DNA from: Candidatus Latescibacterota bacterium
GTDB lineage: Bacteria; Latescibacterota; UBA2968; UBA8231
DNA length: 64,000 bases
Direction: 5' to 3'
Assembly (NCBI GenBank): GCA_965215195.1
Contig: CBDCDC010000002.1
Span: 2,528,001 to 2,592,000, forward strand
Shown here piece after piece: positions 18,622 to 28,992 of this stretch (position 1 is the first letter of the stretch; every line of letters starts with the position of its first letter). The translations under genes and the position numbers were made by a program. The notes beneath the pieces were generated by a model. It saw only the letters and a list, made by a program, of their open reading frames with translations. It did not search any database and was not told the origin of the DNA.

Positions 18622-19542
18622 TCACACAAAGGTCAACCATCCGTGCCGATCCTCGACTTCGACGCGAATCACGGCGAAAAAGGCGTCCTGTATCTGCGCG
18701 GTAATCGGCCCGCACTTCCCACAGCCGATCGGCACTTGGTCTATGGCGCGGATCGGCGTGATTTCGGCGGCCGTGCCGGTGAAGAACACCTCGTCGGCGA
18801 TGTAGAGGAACTCGCGCGGAATACCGCGTTGCTCAACCCGCATCCCCAGATCGCGTATCAGGGTAATGGCGGTGTGGCGGGTAACGCCCGGCAGGATGGC
18901 AAAATTCGACGCGGGCGTGTAGATCGAGCCGTTCTTGATGACAAAGATGTTCTCGCCGCTGCCCTCGCTCACCAACCCATCCGTTCCCAAGACAATACCC
19001 TCGTCGTAGCCGTTCGTATTGGCTTCGATCCGCACGAGTTGGGAGTTGAGGTAGTTGCCGCCCGCTTTGGCCAAGGCGGGAAGCGTATTGGCGGCCATGC
19101 GATTCCACGACGAAGTGCAGACTGAAACGCCGTTTTTGAGCGCCGCCTCTCCGAGGTACTCTCCCCACTCCCAAACGGCGATCACTACGTCAACCGGGCA
19201 CCCCATTGGATCGACTCCTAGGTTCTCATAGCCGCGGAAGACGACCGGGCGGATATAGCAGGCCGCGAGCTGGTTGACCCGAATCGTCTCGACAATGGCC
19301 TCTTTGATCGCCTCCCGCGTATAGGGAATTTCCATGCGGTAGATCTTGGCCGAATCAAAGAGCCTGTTGACGTGCTCGTCGAGGCGGAATACGGCCGAGC
19401 CTTTCGCTGTCTTGTAGCAGCGAATGCCTTCAAAGACGCTCGAGCCGTAGTGTACTACGTGGGAGAGCACATGGATCTTGGCGTCGTCCCAATCGACCAA
19501 TTGGCCATTGAACCAGATTTTATCGCATTTGGGCAGGGGCAT
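18622..19542 (-). CDS. ilvE: Branched-chain amino acid aminotransferase
   Basis: [33 protein letters not shown] and [17 protein letters not shown] before ATG 19542. Confidence 0.95.
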   Translation of the reverse strand: MPLPKCDKIWFNGQLVDWDDAKIHVLSHVVHYGSSVFEGIRCYKTAKGSAVFRLDEHVNRLFDSAKIYRMEIPYTREAIKEAIVETIRVNQLAACYIRPVVFRGYENLGVDPMGCPVDVVIAVWEWGEYLGEAALKNGVSVCTSSWNRMAANTLPALAKAGGNYLNSQLVRIEANTNGYDEGIVLGTDGLVSEGSGENIFVIKNGSIYTPASNFAILPGVTRHTAITLIRDLGMRVEQRGIPREFLYIADEVFFTGTAAEITPIRAIDQVPIGCGKCGPITAQIQDAFFAVIRVEVEDRHGWLTFV

Positions 19543-19617
19543 ACGGAAAATCTCCTTGGGCAAGTATGCGATTAATTAAGGTAACACCACTGCGAAACCG
19601 TTACCAATGTTAAGCGA

Positions 19618-21573
19618 TTACAGCGATCGCGTATAGGTCACATTCAGGCTGTTAAACGTGCCGACGCGCTGGTGACTGCGGCTGCCGCGCAAGATGAGCT
19701 TGTTGTTGCTGCCGGCCGGGTTGTAGTTGAAGTTCGCCAACAGGTTCCGGTGCTTATTGCGGCGGTTGAGGGAGCGCGACTGGGCGAGCGTGGAGTAGTT
19801 GTAATCCCACTGGCGGTCGAGCTTGTAGGAGTAGCTGGCACCGGCCGAATAGTCGGCGCTGGGCGAGTAGGTCATGCCGAATTGGAGGGTGTATCTGGCG
19901 TTTTCCTCTTCGACAATCTGGGCCCCGTTTTCCAAGATCAAGGTGCCGTCGTCGTCGGCCGAGTAGTCGTAGCGCGCGTTGAGCGCAAGGTCGTCAACTA
20001 CCTTGCGCCGGAGCGAGTGCGACATGCTCCAGCCGCGGCGGATATTGCTTTTGCGCGACGATTCGCGGCGATTGACTTCGCGGTCAAAATCGTAGAGGAT
20101 GCGCCTCGCAGAGACGCTAAATCTGTGCGAAAAGGACGCGTCCAAGCGCTCGTAATTGGTGCCGATGTTGAGCGAGAGGTCGCGGTTGCGCGAGTTGTCC
20201 CCGGCGCGGGTGGCGTGCAGGTTTACGCGGTGCAGAAAGCTGTTTTTGAGATCGACGCTCAGCTTGGCACCCGAGCGCAGGGTGCCGTCGTAGCTGAGGG
20301 TAACGCTGTTGTTGAAAGTGTCGCGGTCCTGCTTGGGATCCCCGGGGTTTTCCGAGCGTTTGATCTCGCCAAAGGTCGCCAGTCGCAGCGAGTGCGCATC
20401 GGACAGGGGCCAGTTGAGAGAGCCGTTGAGAAAGAGGTTGCGGTCGCTCAGATCGGAACTTGGATCGCGGCACGTTCCGTCCGCCGTGCGCGTGAAGTAG
20501 CTGTCGCAAAGACTGGTATCGGGCACCCGCACCGCCAGCCTGCGCGCGTCGCGGCCCTTGAAGCGAACGCTGGTGGCGAAGACCAGTTTCTCGACTAGCT
20601 TGCCCGAAAGGGACGCGTCCCAGCTAAAGTTCTCGCTGAGGCGGTCCTTGCCAAAGTAGCGGTTGTTTAAGTCTTGGGCCGCATTGGCAGTGTTGGTGTT
20701 CTCGTTCTGACTGTACGAAGCGCGGTTCTTGATCTTGAATCGCCCTAGATCGAACTCCACGTTGGAGGACAGGCTGGTGCCGTGCGTTTCCGATAGCTCG
20801 GCACTGACCATCGTATCGCGCAACGCGGCTTCCCCTACCTCGCTGATGATGGCGCGTGTGAGACCCCGCAGCGAGCGGCTTTCGGACAAACTCAGACCGA
20901 CGCGCACCTCGCCGGGAAAGGTATAGCTCACGTTGCCGCTCAGCCGCTCGCTGCGATTCTTGTTGTGCTCGAGCGTATCGTCCGTTTTGCTCAGCGAAAT
21001 CGAGTTGTTCAGCTTCTTGTCCGCAATCTCGATGTCGGGCGAGACACTCAGCGAAGCATTGTAGCGGATCCCGGTCTCCTTGATAGTGCTGTCGAGGCTC
21101 GCACGGCTCGCGCGGGTGGCAGAGATTAGGCTCGGTCTCAGGTTGGCACTCAGGCTCTTGAATGGGCCACTACTCAGCGGCTTGGACTTAAATCCAAAGG
21201 TAAAGGACCGGTTGAATGTCTTCTGCTGCTGTAGCGTTACGTTGCGCGTACTCATACTGGCACCGAGGCTGATGGTAGCCTTTGGACCGAGAATGGGATA
21301 GTTGATCGAAGATCGGCCAGAGGCATTGTCCTGCCAACTCTTGCCGCCGCTGCGATCGTCGAGGGTAAATCCCATACTCGCGTTCGCGCTAATCGTCAGC
21401 TTGGACGTCGAGTCCCCCACCGCTGAAAACCGCACGGGCGTCGAGTAGGTCCAGCTAGGAAAAGAGGGCTTCCAAGAGGTTCGGGAACTGGTGCGGCTGA
21501 AGTTAAGCGAGTACTGGGCATCGGCCGCTGCCCATGCGGCCAAGACGAGCCAACCCACCTGCCACAGTTTCAC
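19618..21573 (-). CDS. Hypothetical exported Ser/Thr-rich protein, probable outer-membrane beta-barrel
   Basis: GTG start at 21573 overlaps the rsmA stop, with GGAGAGG upstream. Signal peptide VKLWQVGWLVLAAWAAADA, amphipathic beta-strand pattern and C-terminal LNVTYTRSL. Confidence 0.65.
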   Translation of the reverse strand: MKLWQVGWLVLAAWAAADAQYSLNFSRTSSRTSWKPSFPSWTYSTPVRFSAVGDSTSKLTISANASMGFTLDDRSGGKSWQDNASGRSSINYPILGPKATISLGASMSTRNVTLQQQKTFNRSFTFGFKSKPLSSGPFKSLSANLRPSLISATRASRASLDSTIKETGIRYNASLSVSPDIEIADKKLNNSISLSKTDDTLEHNKNRSERLSGNVSYTFPGEVRVGLSLSESRSLRGLTRAIISEVGEAALRDTMVSAELSETHGTSLSSNVEFDLGRFKIKNRASYSQNENTNTANAAQDLNNRYFGKDRLSENFSWDASLSGKLVEKLVFATSVRFKGRDARRLAVRVPDTSLCDSYFTRTADGTCRDPSSDLSDRNLFLNGSLNWPLSDAHSLRLATFGEIKRSENPGDPKQDRDTFNNSVTLSYDGTLRSGAKLSVDLKNSFLHRVNLHATRAGDNSRNRDLSLNIGTNYERLDASFSHRFSVSARRILYDFDREVNRRESSRKSNIRRGWSMSHSLRRKVVDDLALNARYDYSADDDGTLILENGAQIVEEENARYTLQFGMTYSPSADYSAGASYSYKLDRQWDYNYSTLAQSRSLNRRNKHRNLLANFNYNPAGSNNKLILRGSRSHQRVGTFNSLNVTYTRSL

Positions 21574-22397
21574 GGCCTCTCCTTTCCCAAGCGCGAGCAG
21601 GCGTCGCTCAGCCGGACAAATTCCTCTAGCGACAATTCCTCCGGGCGGCGCGTTAGTTCGATACCTGCCTGCTGGCCCAGCTCTTCCAGCCAAGGCCGGC
21701 CGCCGTCGGGATTGAGGCCGAGGAGCGAATTGCGCAGCATCTTGCGCCGCTGGCCAAAGGCTCGGCGCACCAAGCGGTCGAAACAGCCCGCGTCCTCTAC
21801 TGCGTAGCGGGGCTTGGGGGCAAAGCGCAGCTCGACTACGGACGAATTCACGGCCGGCACGGGCCGGAAGCAATCGCGCCCCACCTGCAAGCGCAGCTCC
21901 ACTTGGGCGCGCATGGCCACCAGCACTGATAGCAAGCTGTAATCCTTTGAACCGGGGCTGGCGACCAAGCGCCGAGCTACTTCGCGTTGGACCATGACGA
22001 TGGCGCGGCTAATACAATCGGCGTGGGCGAGGAGGTGAAAGATCAGCGGAGCGGTGATATTGTAGGGCAGGTTGCCGACAATCAGCAGTCGGTGCCCGCC
22101 CGCGTCCCGCAAGACCTCCCCGAGATCGACTTGCAGAATATCTCCTTCGATCAAGCGCAGCCGACACGCGCCTTGGCGCGTGCGCAGCAAGGCCACCAAG
22201 TCGCGGTCGATTTCCACGGCCACTAGGCGATCCACAGAAGCGAGTAGAACCTCGGTCAACGCGCCCCGGCCCGGGCCGATCTCGACGACCACCTCGCCAG
22301 CGGCTGGGCGCACCAGCCCAGCAATGGCCTCTATGACACCTCGGGCCACGAGGAAGTGCTGGGCAAAGCGCGGCCGCGGTCGGTGGGCGTTTACCAA
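21570..22397 (-). CDS. rsmA: 16S rRNA (A1518/A1519) dimethyltransferase
   Basis: AQHFL, VEIGPGRGALT, VEID, GNLPYNI, MVQREVA and FGQRRKMLRNSL. TTG start overlapping the holB end (start uncertain). Confidence 0.93.
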   Translation of the reverse strand: MVNAHRPRPRFAQHFLVARGVIEAIAGLVRPAAGEVVVEIGPGRGALTEVLLASVDRLVAVEIDRDLVALLRTRQGACRLRLIEGDILQVDLGEVLRDAGGHRLLIVGNLPYNITAPLIFHLLAHADCISRAIVMVQREVARRLVASPGSKDYSLLSVLVAMRAQVELRLQVGRDCFRPVPAVNSSVVELRFAPKPRYAVEDAGCFDRLVRRAFGQRRKMLRNSLLGLNPDGGRPWLEELGQQAGIELTRRPEELSLEEFVRLSDACSRLGKERP

Positions 22398-23530
22398 CGC
22401 CGCGCCTTCGCCAAGCTGGGGTCGGGTGGAGGCACCAGCGCTGTTCCCCCGCGGCGCAAGCCGCGCCACAGGTCGGTCAGCACCAACTGCGGATTGGCAT
22501 TGTGCCCCAAGGCCGCGGCCGCTCGGTCGATCTCCAAGGCGACTCGGGCAGCGTCTATTTTATCCAGCAGGTTTTCCAAATAAGGACGCCGATCTACCTG
22601 GACGACGGACGCGCCGCGGCCGTGTGCCAACAGGAATAGATCCCGTAGATACAGGCCGCAGACTTGCAAAAAACGCTCTAGCTGGCCCCGATCCCCCCCC
22701 AGTTCCTCGAGGACGCTCCAATAGACCTCGTCCCGCCGCTCCGAGCCACCAGAGAGAAACGACTCGACCAAGCGCCGCGTTCCGTCAAACGCCCCGGCAG
22801 CCACCTCTTTGGCCTGCTGCAACGAGCCAGCCCCCATGCGCACGGCAAGCTCTAAGCGCTCCTCAGCCACGCCCTCTAGTTCGAGCTGCGCCCGCAAGGT
22901 CGCCGCATCTAAGGGACTCAACATCATGCGCTGGCAGCGCGAGAGCACGGTGGGCAGGAGGCGCTCCGGGGCCGCCGAAACTAGCGCGACGACAGCCCGG
23001 GGCGGCGGCTCTTCCAAGAGCTTGAGCAGGGAATTGGCACCCGCCGGTTGCATTCGCTCGGCCGCGAAGATCAGGCCGACTTTGCGCGGAGATTCGGTCG
23101 GCGCAAACGCCAGTTCCCGTTGCAACTGGCGCAGGTGATCAACCGCGATATTGGCGTTGCTGGGCAAAGCCGCGCCCGCGCCGCGGACGTACTCTATTAC
23201 GGACTCGCGCAAGTCCGCCGGCGAAGGCTTTTGCTTGCCCCGGCGAGGGGGTAGCGGCAATGCGGTGTGGAGGTCGGGGTGCATGAACGAGGCGACCTTG
23301 CGGCAACTCGGGCAGCGGTTGCAGGCGGAAGGACCGCTGCCAATGCACAGCAGGGCTTTCGCCCACGCGAGCGCAAAGCGCCGTTTGCCGGTTCCCTCAG
23401 CCCCGCAGATGAGAACCGCATGGGGGATGCGGCCCGATTCGAGCCAAGCTGCGGCCACGGCCCCAGCCCGATCTCGACGAGCTAGATCGCTAAACTCCCC
23501 GGTGTGCGGGGTGCCGCCCGTGCTGTACAA
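22391..23530 (-). CDS. holB: DNA polymerase III subunit delta'
   Basis: GRIPHA, GAEGTGK, C..C..C..C zinc motif, HPD, ANSLLKLLEEPP and LLPTVLSRCQ. Confidence 0.88.
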   Translation of the reverse strand: MYSTGGTPHTGEFSDLARRDRAGAVAAAWLESGRIPHAVLICGAEGTGKRRFALAWAKALLCIGSGPSACNRCPSCRKVASFMHPDLHTALPLPPRRGKQKPSPADLRESVIEYVRGAGAALPSNANIAVDHLRQLQRELAFAPTESPRKVGLIFAAERMQPAGANSLLKLLEEPPPRAVVALVSAAPERLLPTVLSRCQRMMLSPLDAATLRAQLELEGVAEERLELAVRMGAGSLQQAKEVAAGAFDGTRRLVESFLSGGSERRDEVYWSVLEELGGDRGQLERFLQVCGLYLRDLFLLAHGRGASVVQVDRRPYLENLLDKIDAARVALEIDRAAAALGHNANPQLVLTDLWRGLRRGGTALVPPPDPSLAKARRW

Positions 23531-23538
23531 TCCAGTCC

Positions 23539-24648
23539 CTATTTCTGCAACAGGCTCTCTTGGTTATCCAGAGCAAAAAAGTGGGCTTTGTCGATCTCGA
23601 CGGCCAACCGTACCGTTTGGTCAACCTGCGGCATGTGCAGCGGATCGACGCGAGCGACGAAAGCGGTCTTGCCAGTGGTCAGGTTGAGGAAGACCTCGTT
23701 GCCCATCGGTTCGACCACTTCGACTTTGGCCGCAATTTCCACGGTCTCGACATTGCGGCCAATGGTATCCGGGTCGTGGATATCTTCCGGGCGGATGCCC
23801 AGCGTCACCTCCTGATCCACGTACCGGCCTAGCTGTGCGCCGTGGCCGGTGGGCAGGGCGAGTTGCACATTGCCTTCGTCGAAGACTAGGCCGCTGCCGT
23901 TGGAGGACAGTGTGCCGCGGATGAAGTTCATGGAGGGGCTGCCGATAAAGCCGGCGACGAACTGGTTGACGGGTTTGTTGTAGAGATGGAGGGGCTTGTC
24001 GATCTGCTGGATTAGGCCATCGCGCATGACCACGATGCGGTCTCCCATGGTCATGGCCTCAACTTGGTCGTGCGTCACGTACACCATGGTGGCCCCTAGG
24101 CGGGTGTGCAACTTGCTGATCTCGGTGCGCATCTGCACCCTCAGCTTGGCGTCGAGGTTAGAGAGCGGTTCGTCAAAGAGGAATACCTTGGGCTTGCGGA
24201 CGATGGCGCGCCCCACCGCCACGCGCTGACGCTGACCGCCCGAAAGCGCCTTGGGCTTGCGCTCTAGCAATTCTTGGATGCCGAGTATATCGGCCGCTTC
24301 TTGCACCCGCGCCTCAATCTCGTCTTTGGGATATTTCCGCAGCTTAAGCCCAAAGGCCATGTTTTGATAGACGCTCATGTGCGGGTAGAGCGCGTAATTC
24401 TGGAAGACCATGGCAATGTCGCGGTCCTTGGGGGGCACGTCGTTGACGACCGCCCCATCTATCGAAATCTCGCCGGCAGTGATTTCCTCAAGCCCGGCAA
24501 TCATTCGCAGCGTCGTAGACTTGCCACAGCCCGAAGGACCGACGAGCACCACGAATTCCTTGTCTTTGATCTCGATGTTGGCGTCATCTACTGCCACCAC
24601 GTCTTTGTCGTACACCTTGCGGATATTCTTCAGAATTACTTCAGCCAT
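23539..24648 (-). CDS. Carbohydrate ABC transporter ATP-binding protein (MalK/MsmX/UgpC family), orphan
   Basis: [38 protein letters not shown] and a C-terminal TOBE domain. Confidence 0.95.
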   Translation of the reverse strand: MAEVILKNIRKVYDKDVVAVDDANIEIKDKEFVVLVGPSGCGKSTTLRMIAGLEEITAGEISIDGAVVNDVPPKDRDIAMVFQNYALYPHMSVYQNMAFGLKLRKYPKDEIEARVQEAADILGIQELLERKPKALSGGQRQRVAVGRAIVRKPKVFLFDEPLSNLDAKLRVQMRTEISKLHTRLGATMVYVTHDQVEAMTMGDRIVVMRDGLIQQIDKPLHLYNKPVNQFVAGFIGSPSMNFIRGTLSSNGSGLVFDEGNVQLALPTGHGAQLGRYVDQEVTLGIRPEDIHDPDTIGRNVETVEIAAKVEVVEPMGNEVFLNLTTGKTAFVARVDPLHMPQVDQTVRLAVEIDKAHFFALDNQESLLQK

Positions 24649-24719
24649 CGCGTCCCTCTTCTGCTGTTATGACCTTTGGCGGTTATTTGTCGAGAAAGAG
24701 CTAGAGTATAATAAATAAA

Positions 24720-25175
24720 TTACAAAATCTCTATGTCGCGTTTCATTAAAACGGCGTCGTCCGGGGGATCTGTGTAGTACGCCGTACGCCGCCCTACGGT
24801 TCGGAACCCCGCCTTGCAGTAGAGTGCCCGCGCGGGCCGATTTGTCGAGCGCACTTCGAGCGCGCAACAGCTAGCGCCCTGCTCTGCGGCCAAGCGCAAT
24901 ATCCGCCCCAACAACTGCCCAGCCCACCCCCGGTTCCGACGTGCCGGATCCACCGCGAGATTGGCTAGGTGAAAATCGCGGCCGGCAAAATAACCGAGCG
25001 CGTAGCCAATCAGTGCGCCGCTGTGCAAAAGCCCCAAACACAGGGCGTCTCTATCTGTAAGTAAGTAGCAAAAATCGGCCTCGCTCCACGGATTGGCGAA
25101 AGAGCCTCGCTCAATCTCCATCAGGCGATGTAGGTGGATTGACCCTAGCAGAACGAAGCGACTCTCGCCGCTCAT
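24720..25175 (-). CDS. rimI: Ribosomal protein S18 alanine N-acetyltransferase
   Basis: SFANPWS, NLAVDP, LEVRSTN..A..LY...GF and YY.DP.DDA. ATG overlaps the tsaB stop. Confidence 0.9.
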   Translation of the reverse strand: MSGESRFVLLGSIHLHRLMEIERGSFANPWSEADFCYLLTDRDALCLGLLHSGALIGYALGYFAGRDFHLANLAVDPARRNRGWAGQLLGRILRLAAEQGASCCALEVRSTNRPARALYCKAGFRTVGRRTAYYTDPPDDAVLMKRDIEIL

Positions 25176-25870
25176 GCCCGCGCTAGGGGACGGGCGTCGG
25201 GCGGGCGCAAATACTCGGGTTCCACTGAATCCAAGTCCGCGGTCTGGCCCTTCTCTAGCTTGGAAAGCGCCAGCCAACCAATAGCCCCGGCGTCGGGACG
25301 GGCGCAGGGCAGGGGGGCAAAGTGCGCGGCCGAGTTGTCCGCCAACAGATCGCGATAGGCCGTGGCTCCGTCTCCGGTGTAAATGGTCGGCGCACTAGTC
25401 CGCTCGCGGGCCAACTGCGCTGGCGCGATGGCCCGGGGCGCTGCCAACTCGACTGGAACGCCCGTCGCCGTGTCGTAAAGAGCGGCATAGACCTCGCGCT
25501 TGCGCGCGTCGAGGACAGTACAAACGGGCAGGCGCGCAAAGGGCAAACGGGCCGCCAGTGCTTCGAGCGTTGAAACGGTCACTAGATCCTTGACTGCGGC
25601 CAAACACAAGCCCTTAGCTGCGCTCAGCCCGATCCGCAGGCCCGTAAACGAACCCGGCCCAATCGCGATGGCTACGGCCCGCACTTCCCCGACGCCCACG
25701 CCTGCGGCCTCTAGCGCGGCCTCCACCTCGCCGAAGAGCCGCTGTGAATGCTGCAATCCCACATCGAAATAGCGGCTGACGACGATCCCTTCTGCCGCAC
25801 AGAGCGCCACGCTGCCGACCGGGGTAGCCGTATCCAACGCCAGAATCGCGTCGCGGCCGTGTGCGCTCAT
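25172..25870 (-). CDS. tsaB: tRNA threonylcarbamoyladenosine biosynthesis protein TsaB
   Basis: ILALDTAT, GPGSFTGLRIG, DARKREVY and PEYLR. Confidence 0.95.
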   Translation of the reverse strand: MSAHGRDAILALDTATPVGSVALCAAEGIVVSRYFDVGLQHSQRLFGEVEAALEAAGVGVGEVRAVAIAIGPGSFTGLRIGLSAAKGLCLAAVKDLVTVSTLEALAARLPFARLPVCTVLDARKREVYAALYDTATGVPVELAAPRAIAPAQLARERTSAPTIYTGDGATAYRDLLADNSAAHFAPLPCARPDAGAIGWLALSKLEKGQTADLDSVEPEYLRPPDARPLARA

Positions 25871-26892
25871 AGAAGCTCCAACTGCTCGCCGGGGCTTGGC
25901 GGCGGCTCGAAGCCGAGGCGATCCCAAGCCCGCGGCATGGCCACGCGGCCCTTGGGGGTGCGCTTGATAAACCCTTCCTTGATCAAATAAGGCTCAACCA
26001 CTTCCTCGATTGTCTCGGCTTCCTCGCCGATTGTGGCCGCCAGATTGCTCAGGCCGACCGGGCCGCCGTTAAATTTTTCAACAATGGCTCGCAGCAACGT
26101 GATATCCATTTTATCAAGCCCCATCTCGTCGACATCTTGGATGACGAGTGCCTTTTGCACTACCTCGGCATCTATCTCGCCTTCGCCTTCCACTTGGGCA
26201 AAATCGCGCGCACGGCGCAGCCAGCGCTTGGCAATCCGCGCCGTGCCACGGGAGCGACGGGCAATTTCCATCGCGCCCGACTCTGAGACCGATAAATTCA
26301 GCAGGCGAGCGTCGCGCTTGACGATCTCGGCGAGTTCGGCGACCGAGTAGTAGTCGAGGTGGGCAGTAAGCCCAAAGCGAGCGCGCATCGGCGAAGTCAA
26401 CAAACCCTGGCGCGTCGTGGCCCCGACTAAGGTGAAAGGATCTAGCGGTACGCTGACCGAGCGGGCCGCTGGGCCTTGGTCGATTATGATGTCAATTTTG
26501 AAGTCCTCCATCGCCGAGTACAGGTATTCCTCGACCACGCGGTTGACGCGGTGCATCTCGTCGATGAAGAGCACGTCGCGTGGTGCCATGGTCGTGAGCA
26601 TGCCAGCCAAGTCGCCCGGACGCTCGAGCAAAGGCCCTGAAGTGGGATAGATTTCAACGCCTAGCTCTTTGGCGATCACGTGCGAAAGCGTGGTCTTGCC
26701 CAGACCGGGCGGACCGTATAGCAGCACGTGATCCATGGCTTCGCCGCGCTGCCGAGCGGCTTCAATGGCAATGCCGAGCTGTTGCTTGGTCTTCTCTTGA
26801 CCCAGCATTTCGGCAAGGGACTGAGGACGCAGCGTATTGTCGAACTGAAGGTCGTCGTCTCCGCCACTAGGGTCGATGGGTCGATGGTCCAT
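25867..26892 (-). CDS. ruvB: Holliday junction branch migration helicase RuvB
   Basis: LRPQSL, GPPGLGKTT, FTLVGATTR, GGPVGL and RTPKGR. Confidence 0.97.
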   Translation of the reverse strand: MDHRPIDPSGGDDDLQFDNTLRPQSLAEMLGQEKTKQQLGIAIEAARQRGEAMDHVLLYGPPGLGKTTLSHVIAKELGVEIYPTSGPLLERPGDLAGMLTTMAPRDVLFIDEMHRVNRVVEEYLYSAMEDFKIDIIIDQGPAARSVSVPLDPFTLVGATTRQGLLTSPMRARFGLTAHLDYYSVAELAEIVKRDARLLNLSVSESGAMEIARRSRGTARIAKRWLRRARDFAQVEGEGEIDAEVVQKALVIQDVDEMGLDKMDITLLRAIVEKFNGGPVGLSNLAATIGEEAETIEEVVEPYLIKEGFIKRTPKGRVAMPRAWDRLGFEPPPSPGEQLELL

Positions 26893-26902
26893 AGCCGGGC
26901 CT

Positions 26903-27493
26903 TCAGCGTTCCTTGAGGGCTAGTTTGATTAGCTGTGGCACGCTCAGGTCGGTGCCGTGCTTTTCGACAGCCTTGCGCACCGCCTGGCGAGCAACAGGTG
27001 CTGCGTATCCCAACGTCATCAGTGCCTTTGCCGCCTCCTCGCTCGCGCCAGCATGAGCCTCCAAGGCCGCTTCGCCAGCCGCCGGGGTACTCAAGCGGAC
27101 CTTGTCCTTTAGATCGAGCACCAAGCGTTCCGCGGTCTTGCGCCCAATGCCCTTGACCGCGGTCAGTTCGGTTACGCGCTCCTGCAAGATGGCCTCCTGC
27201 AAATCGCGCAGGGTCATGCCCGACAGCACGGTCAAGGCCGAATGAGGGCCAATGCCCGAAACGCCGATCAGCAACTCGAAGACCTCCCGCTCTTCCTCAT
27301 CGGCAAAGCCGAAAAGCTCCATGCGGTCTTCGCGCACGTAGAGATAGGTAGCCAAATGGACCGCCTCGGCGGCTGGGGGTAGTTGGTCGAAAGTTATCAG
27401 GGATATAGCCAAGCCATACCCCACGCCCCCGACGTCGACGACGGCTTGGGTAGGTGATTTGGATAGGAGTGTTCCGCGCAGGTGTGTTATCAC
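26903..27493 (-). CDS. ruvA: Holliday junction branch migration protein RuvA
   Basis: VITHLRG, VGGVGY, VRED, VSGIGP, GIGRKTAER and ALMTLGY. GTG start. Confidence 0.95.
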   Translation of the reverse strand: MITHLRGTLLSKSPTQAVVDVGGVGYGLAISLITFDQLPPAAEAVHLATYLYVREDRMELFGFADEEEREVFELLIGVSGIGPHSALTVLSGMTLRDLQEAILQERVTELTAVKGIGRKTAERLVLDLKDKVRLSTPAAGEAALEAHAGASEEAAKALMTLGYAAPVARQAVRKAVEKHGTDLSVPQLIKLALKER

Positions 27494-27501
27494 GGATATA
27501 C

Positions 27502-28041
27502 CTAACGCCGGACCATGCGGCTGAACAAGGCCTCTATCTCGGGCTTGCGCTGCCCTCGGCTCTCGCATAAAATCCGGCCGGACTGCTGGGTGTGGCATAG
27601 CGCAACGGCCAAGGCGTCTGACGCATCGAGGGGCTTGGGCCGTTCCCTCAGACCCAAGCTGCGGGCCACCATGAACTGGACCTGTTGCTTGGTCGCTTGG
27701 CCATTCCCGGTCACCGATCTTTTAATCACCGTCGGCGTATAGTGGGCAATCGGCAAGCCGGCTTTGCGCATGGCGATGATCAGGCCTCCTCTCGCTTGGC
27801 CCAGCTTGGCCACCGCTGCGGCGTCCTTGCCGAAGAACGTGGTTTCGATCGCGCCCTCGTCTGGGGAGTATTCGCCGATGAGCCGCGTCATCTCGTCGAA
27901 CATGCAAACCAGCCGATCCTCGAATTCACCTTCTCTAGGGCGGATGCAGCCGCAGGCGACATAGCGGGCCTTGCGCTTGCTATATTCGACGAATCCGTAG
28001 CCAGTGCTCGTGCTGCTAGGATCTACTCCAAGAACAAGCAA
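27502..28041 (-). CDS. ruvC: Crossover junction endodeoxyribonuclease RuvC
   Basis: VLGVDP, LGQARG, VTGNGQATKQQV and DASDALAVALCH. Confidence 0.95.
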   Translation of the reverse strand: MLVLGVDPSSTSTGYGFVEYSKRKARYVACGCIRPREGEFEDRLVCMFDEMTRLIGEYSPDEGAIETTFFGKDAAAVAKLGQARGGLIIAMRKAGLPIAHYTPTVIKRSVTGNGQATKQQVQFMVARSLGLRERPKPLDASDALAVALCHTQQSGRILCESRGQRKPEIEALFSRMVRR

Positions 28042-28053
28042 AGCGAAGCCCCA

Positions 28054-28812
28054 CTAGGCCTGAGCTATGAGTTTTTCGAGCTCGTCTTCTCGGAGATCGA
28101 AATTGGAAAAGACCTTCTGTACATCATCTAGATCCTCCAATGCCTCGAGGAGGCGAATAATTTTCTCGGCCTCTTCGCCTTGTACTTCGAGGACATTTTC
28201 GCTTTTGGGCATCCAAGCCAACGTCGCTTGGGCAAAGGCAATGCCGTTGTCCTCCAGTGCCTTTTTAACCGGCTCTAAGTCGGCAACCGGGGTCATTACT
28301 TCGTGGATTTGGTCGCCGTCTTGGATATCCTCGCCCCCTGCATCTACGACCGCCAATAGGAGGTCGTCTTCGGAAACATTGGTCTTTTCTACTTCGATAA
28401 CGCCCTTGTGTTCAAACATCCAAGCTACCGCCCCACTTTCTGCGAGATTGCCGTTGTACTTAGTAAATACGTGGCGGATTTCGGAAACCGCACGGTTGCG
28501 GTTGTCCGATAGGGTTTCGACTATGATGGCCACTCCACCGGGTCCATAGCCTTCAAAGAGTCCTTCCTCGTATATCGCCCCTAGCTCGTCGCCGGTGCCG
28601 CGGCGTATGGCACGCTCAATTGTTGCCGCGGGCATATTGGCCACTTTGGCATTCTGGACTGCCGTGCGCAGACTCGGGTTGGTCCCCTCATCACCTCCGC
28701 TGCGGGCGGCCACTGAAAGCTCGCGGATCAACTTCGTAAAGATCTTGCCGCGCTTGGCGTCGTTAGCGCCTTTTTTGCGCTTGATCGTACTCCATTTGGA
28801 GTGGCCGGACAT
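28054..28812 (-). CDS. yebC: YebC/PmpR family protein
   Basis: MSGHSKWSTIKRKK, EGYGPGGV, DNRNR and LEDLDDVQKVFSN. AAGGAG RBS. Confidence 0.96.
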   Translation of the reverse strand: MSGHSKWSTIKRKKGANDAKRGKIFTKLIRELSVAARSGGDEGTNPSLRTAVQNAKVANMPAATIERAIRRGTGDELGAIYEEGLFEGYGPGGVAIIVETLSDNRNRAVSEIRHVFTKYNGNLAESGAVAWMFEHKGVIEVEKTNVSEDDLLLAVVDAGGEDIQDGDQIHEVMTPVADLEPVKKALEDNGIAFAQATLAWMPKSENVLEVQGEEAEKIIRLLEALEDLDDVQKVFSNFDLREDELEKLIAQA

Positions 28813-28930
28813 CGGCTTTATCTCCTTGCCAATCCCCGCACTCGCTCCCATTGCTCAAAGCAGAAGCATTGCTCGGGGAAAATCGGCTGTTTTCTATGAC
28901 AATATGAAGATAAAAAAACCCACGCAATCC

Positions 28931-28971
28931 AAAAAGCAAAGGGCCGCCGACCGCTTGGCCGACCGCCCTTC
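28931..28971 (-). terminator. Putative intrinsic terminator after the EF-G paralog
   Basis: Minus-strand hairpin AAGGGCGGUCGGCC-AAGC-GGUCGGCGGCCCUU followed by UGCUUUUU. Confidence 0.6.
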
Positions 28972-28992
28972 ACAACGGGTAAAGCAAGTCGC

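Noticed and set aside
17389-19125. 578-aa plus-strand ORF, and similar long antisense ORFs (3173-3970, 19672-20598, 22072-23025, 45006-45815, 50294-51136)
   Set aside because: They lie antisense to well-supported genes, have no recognisable motifs, and are the expected shadow ORFs of GC-rich coding DNA.
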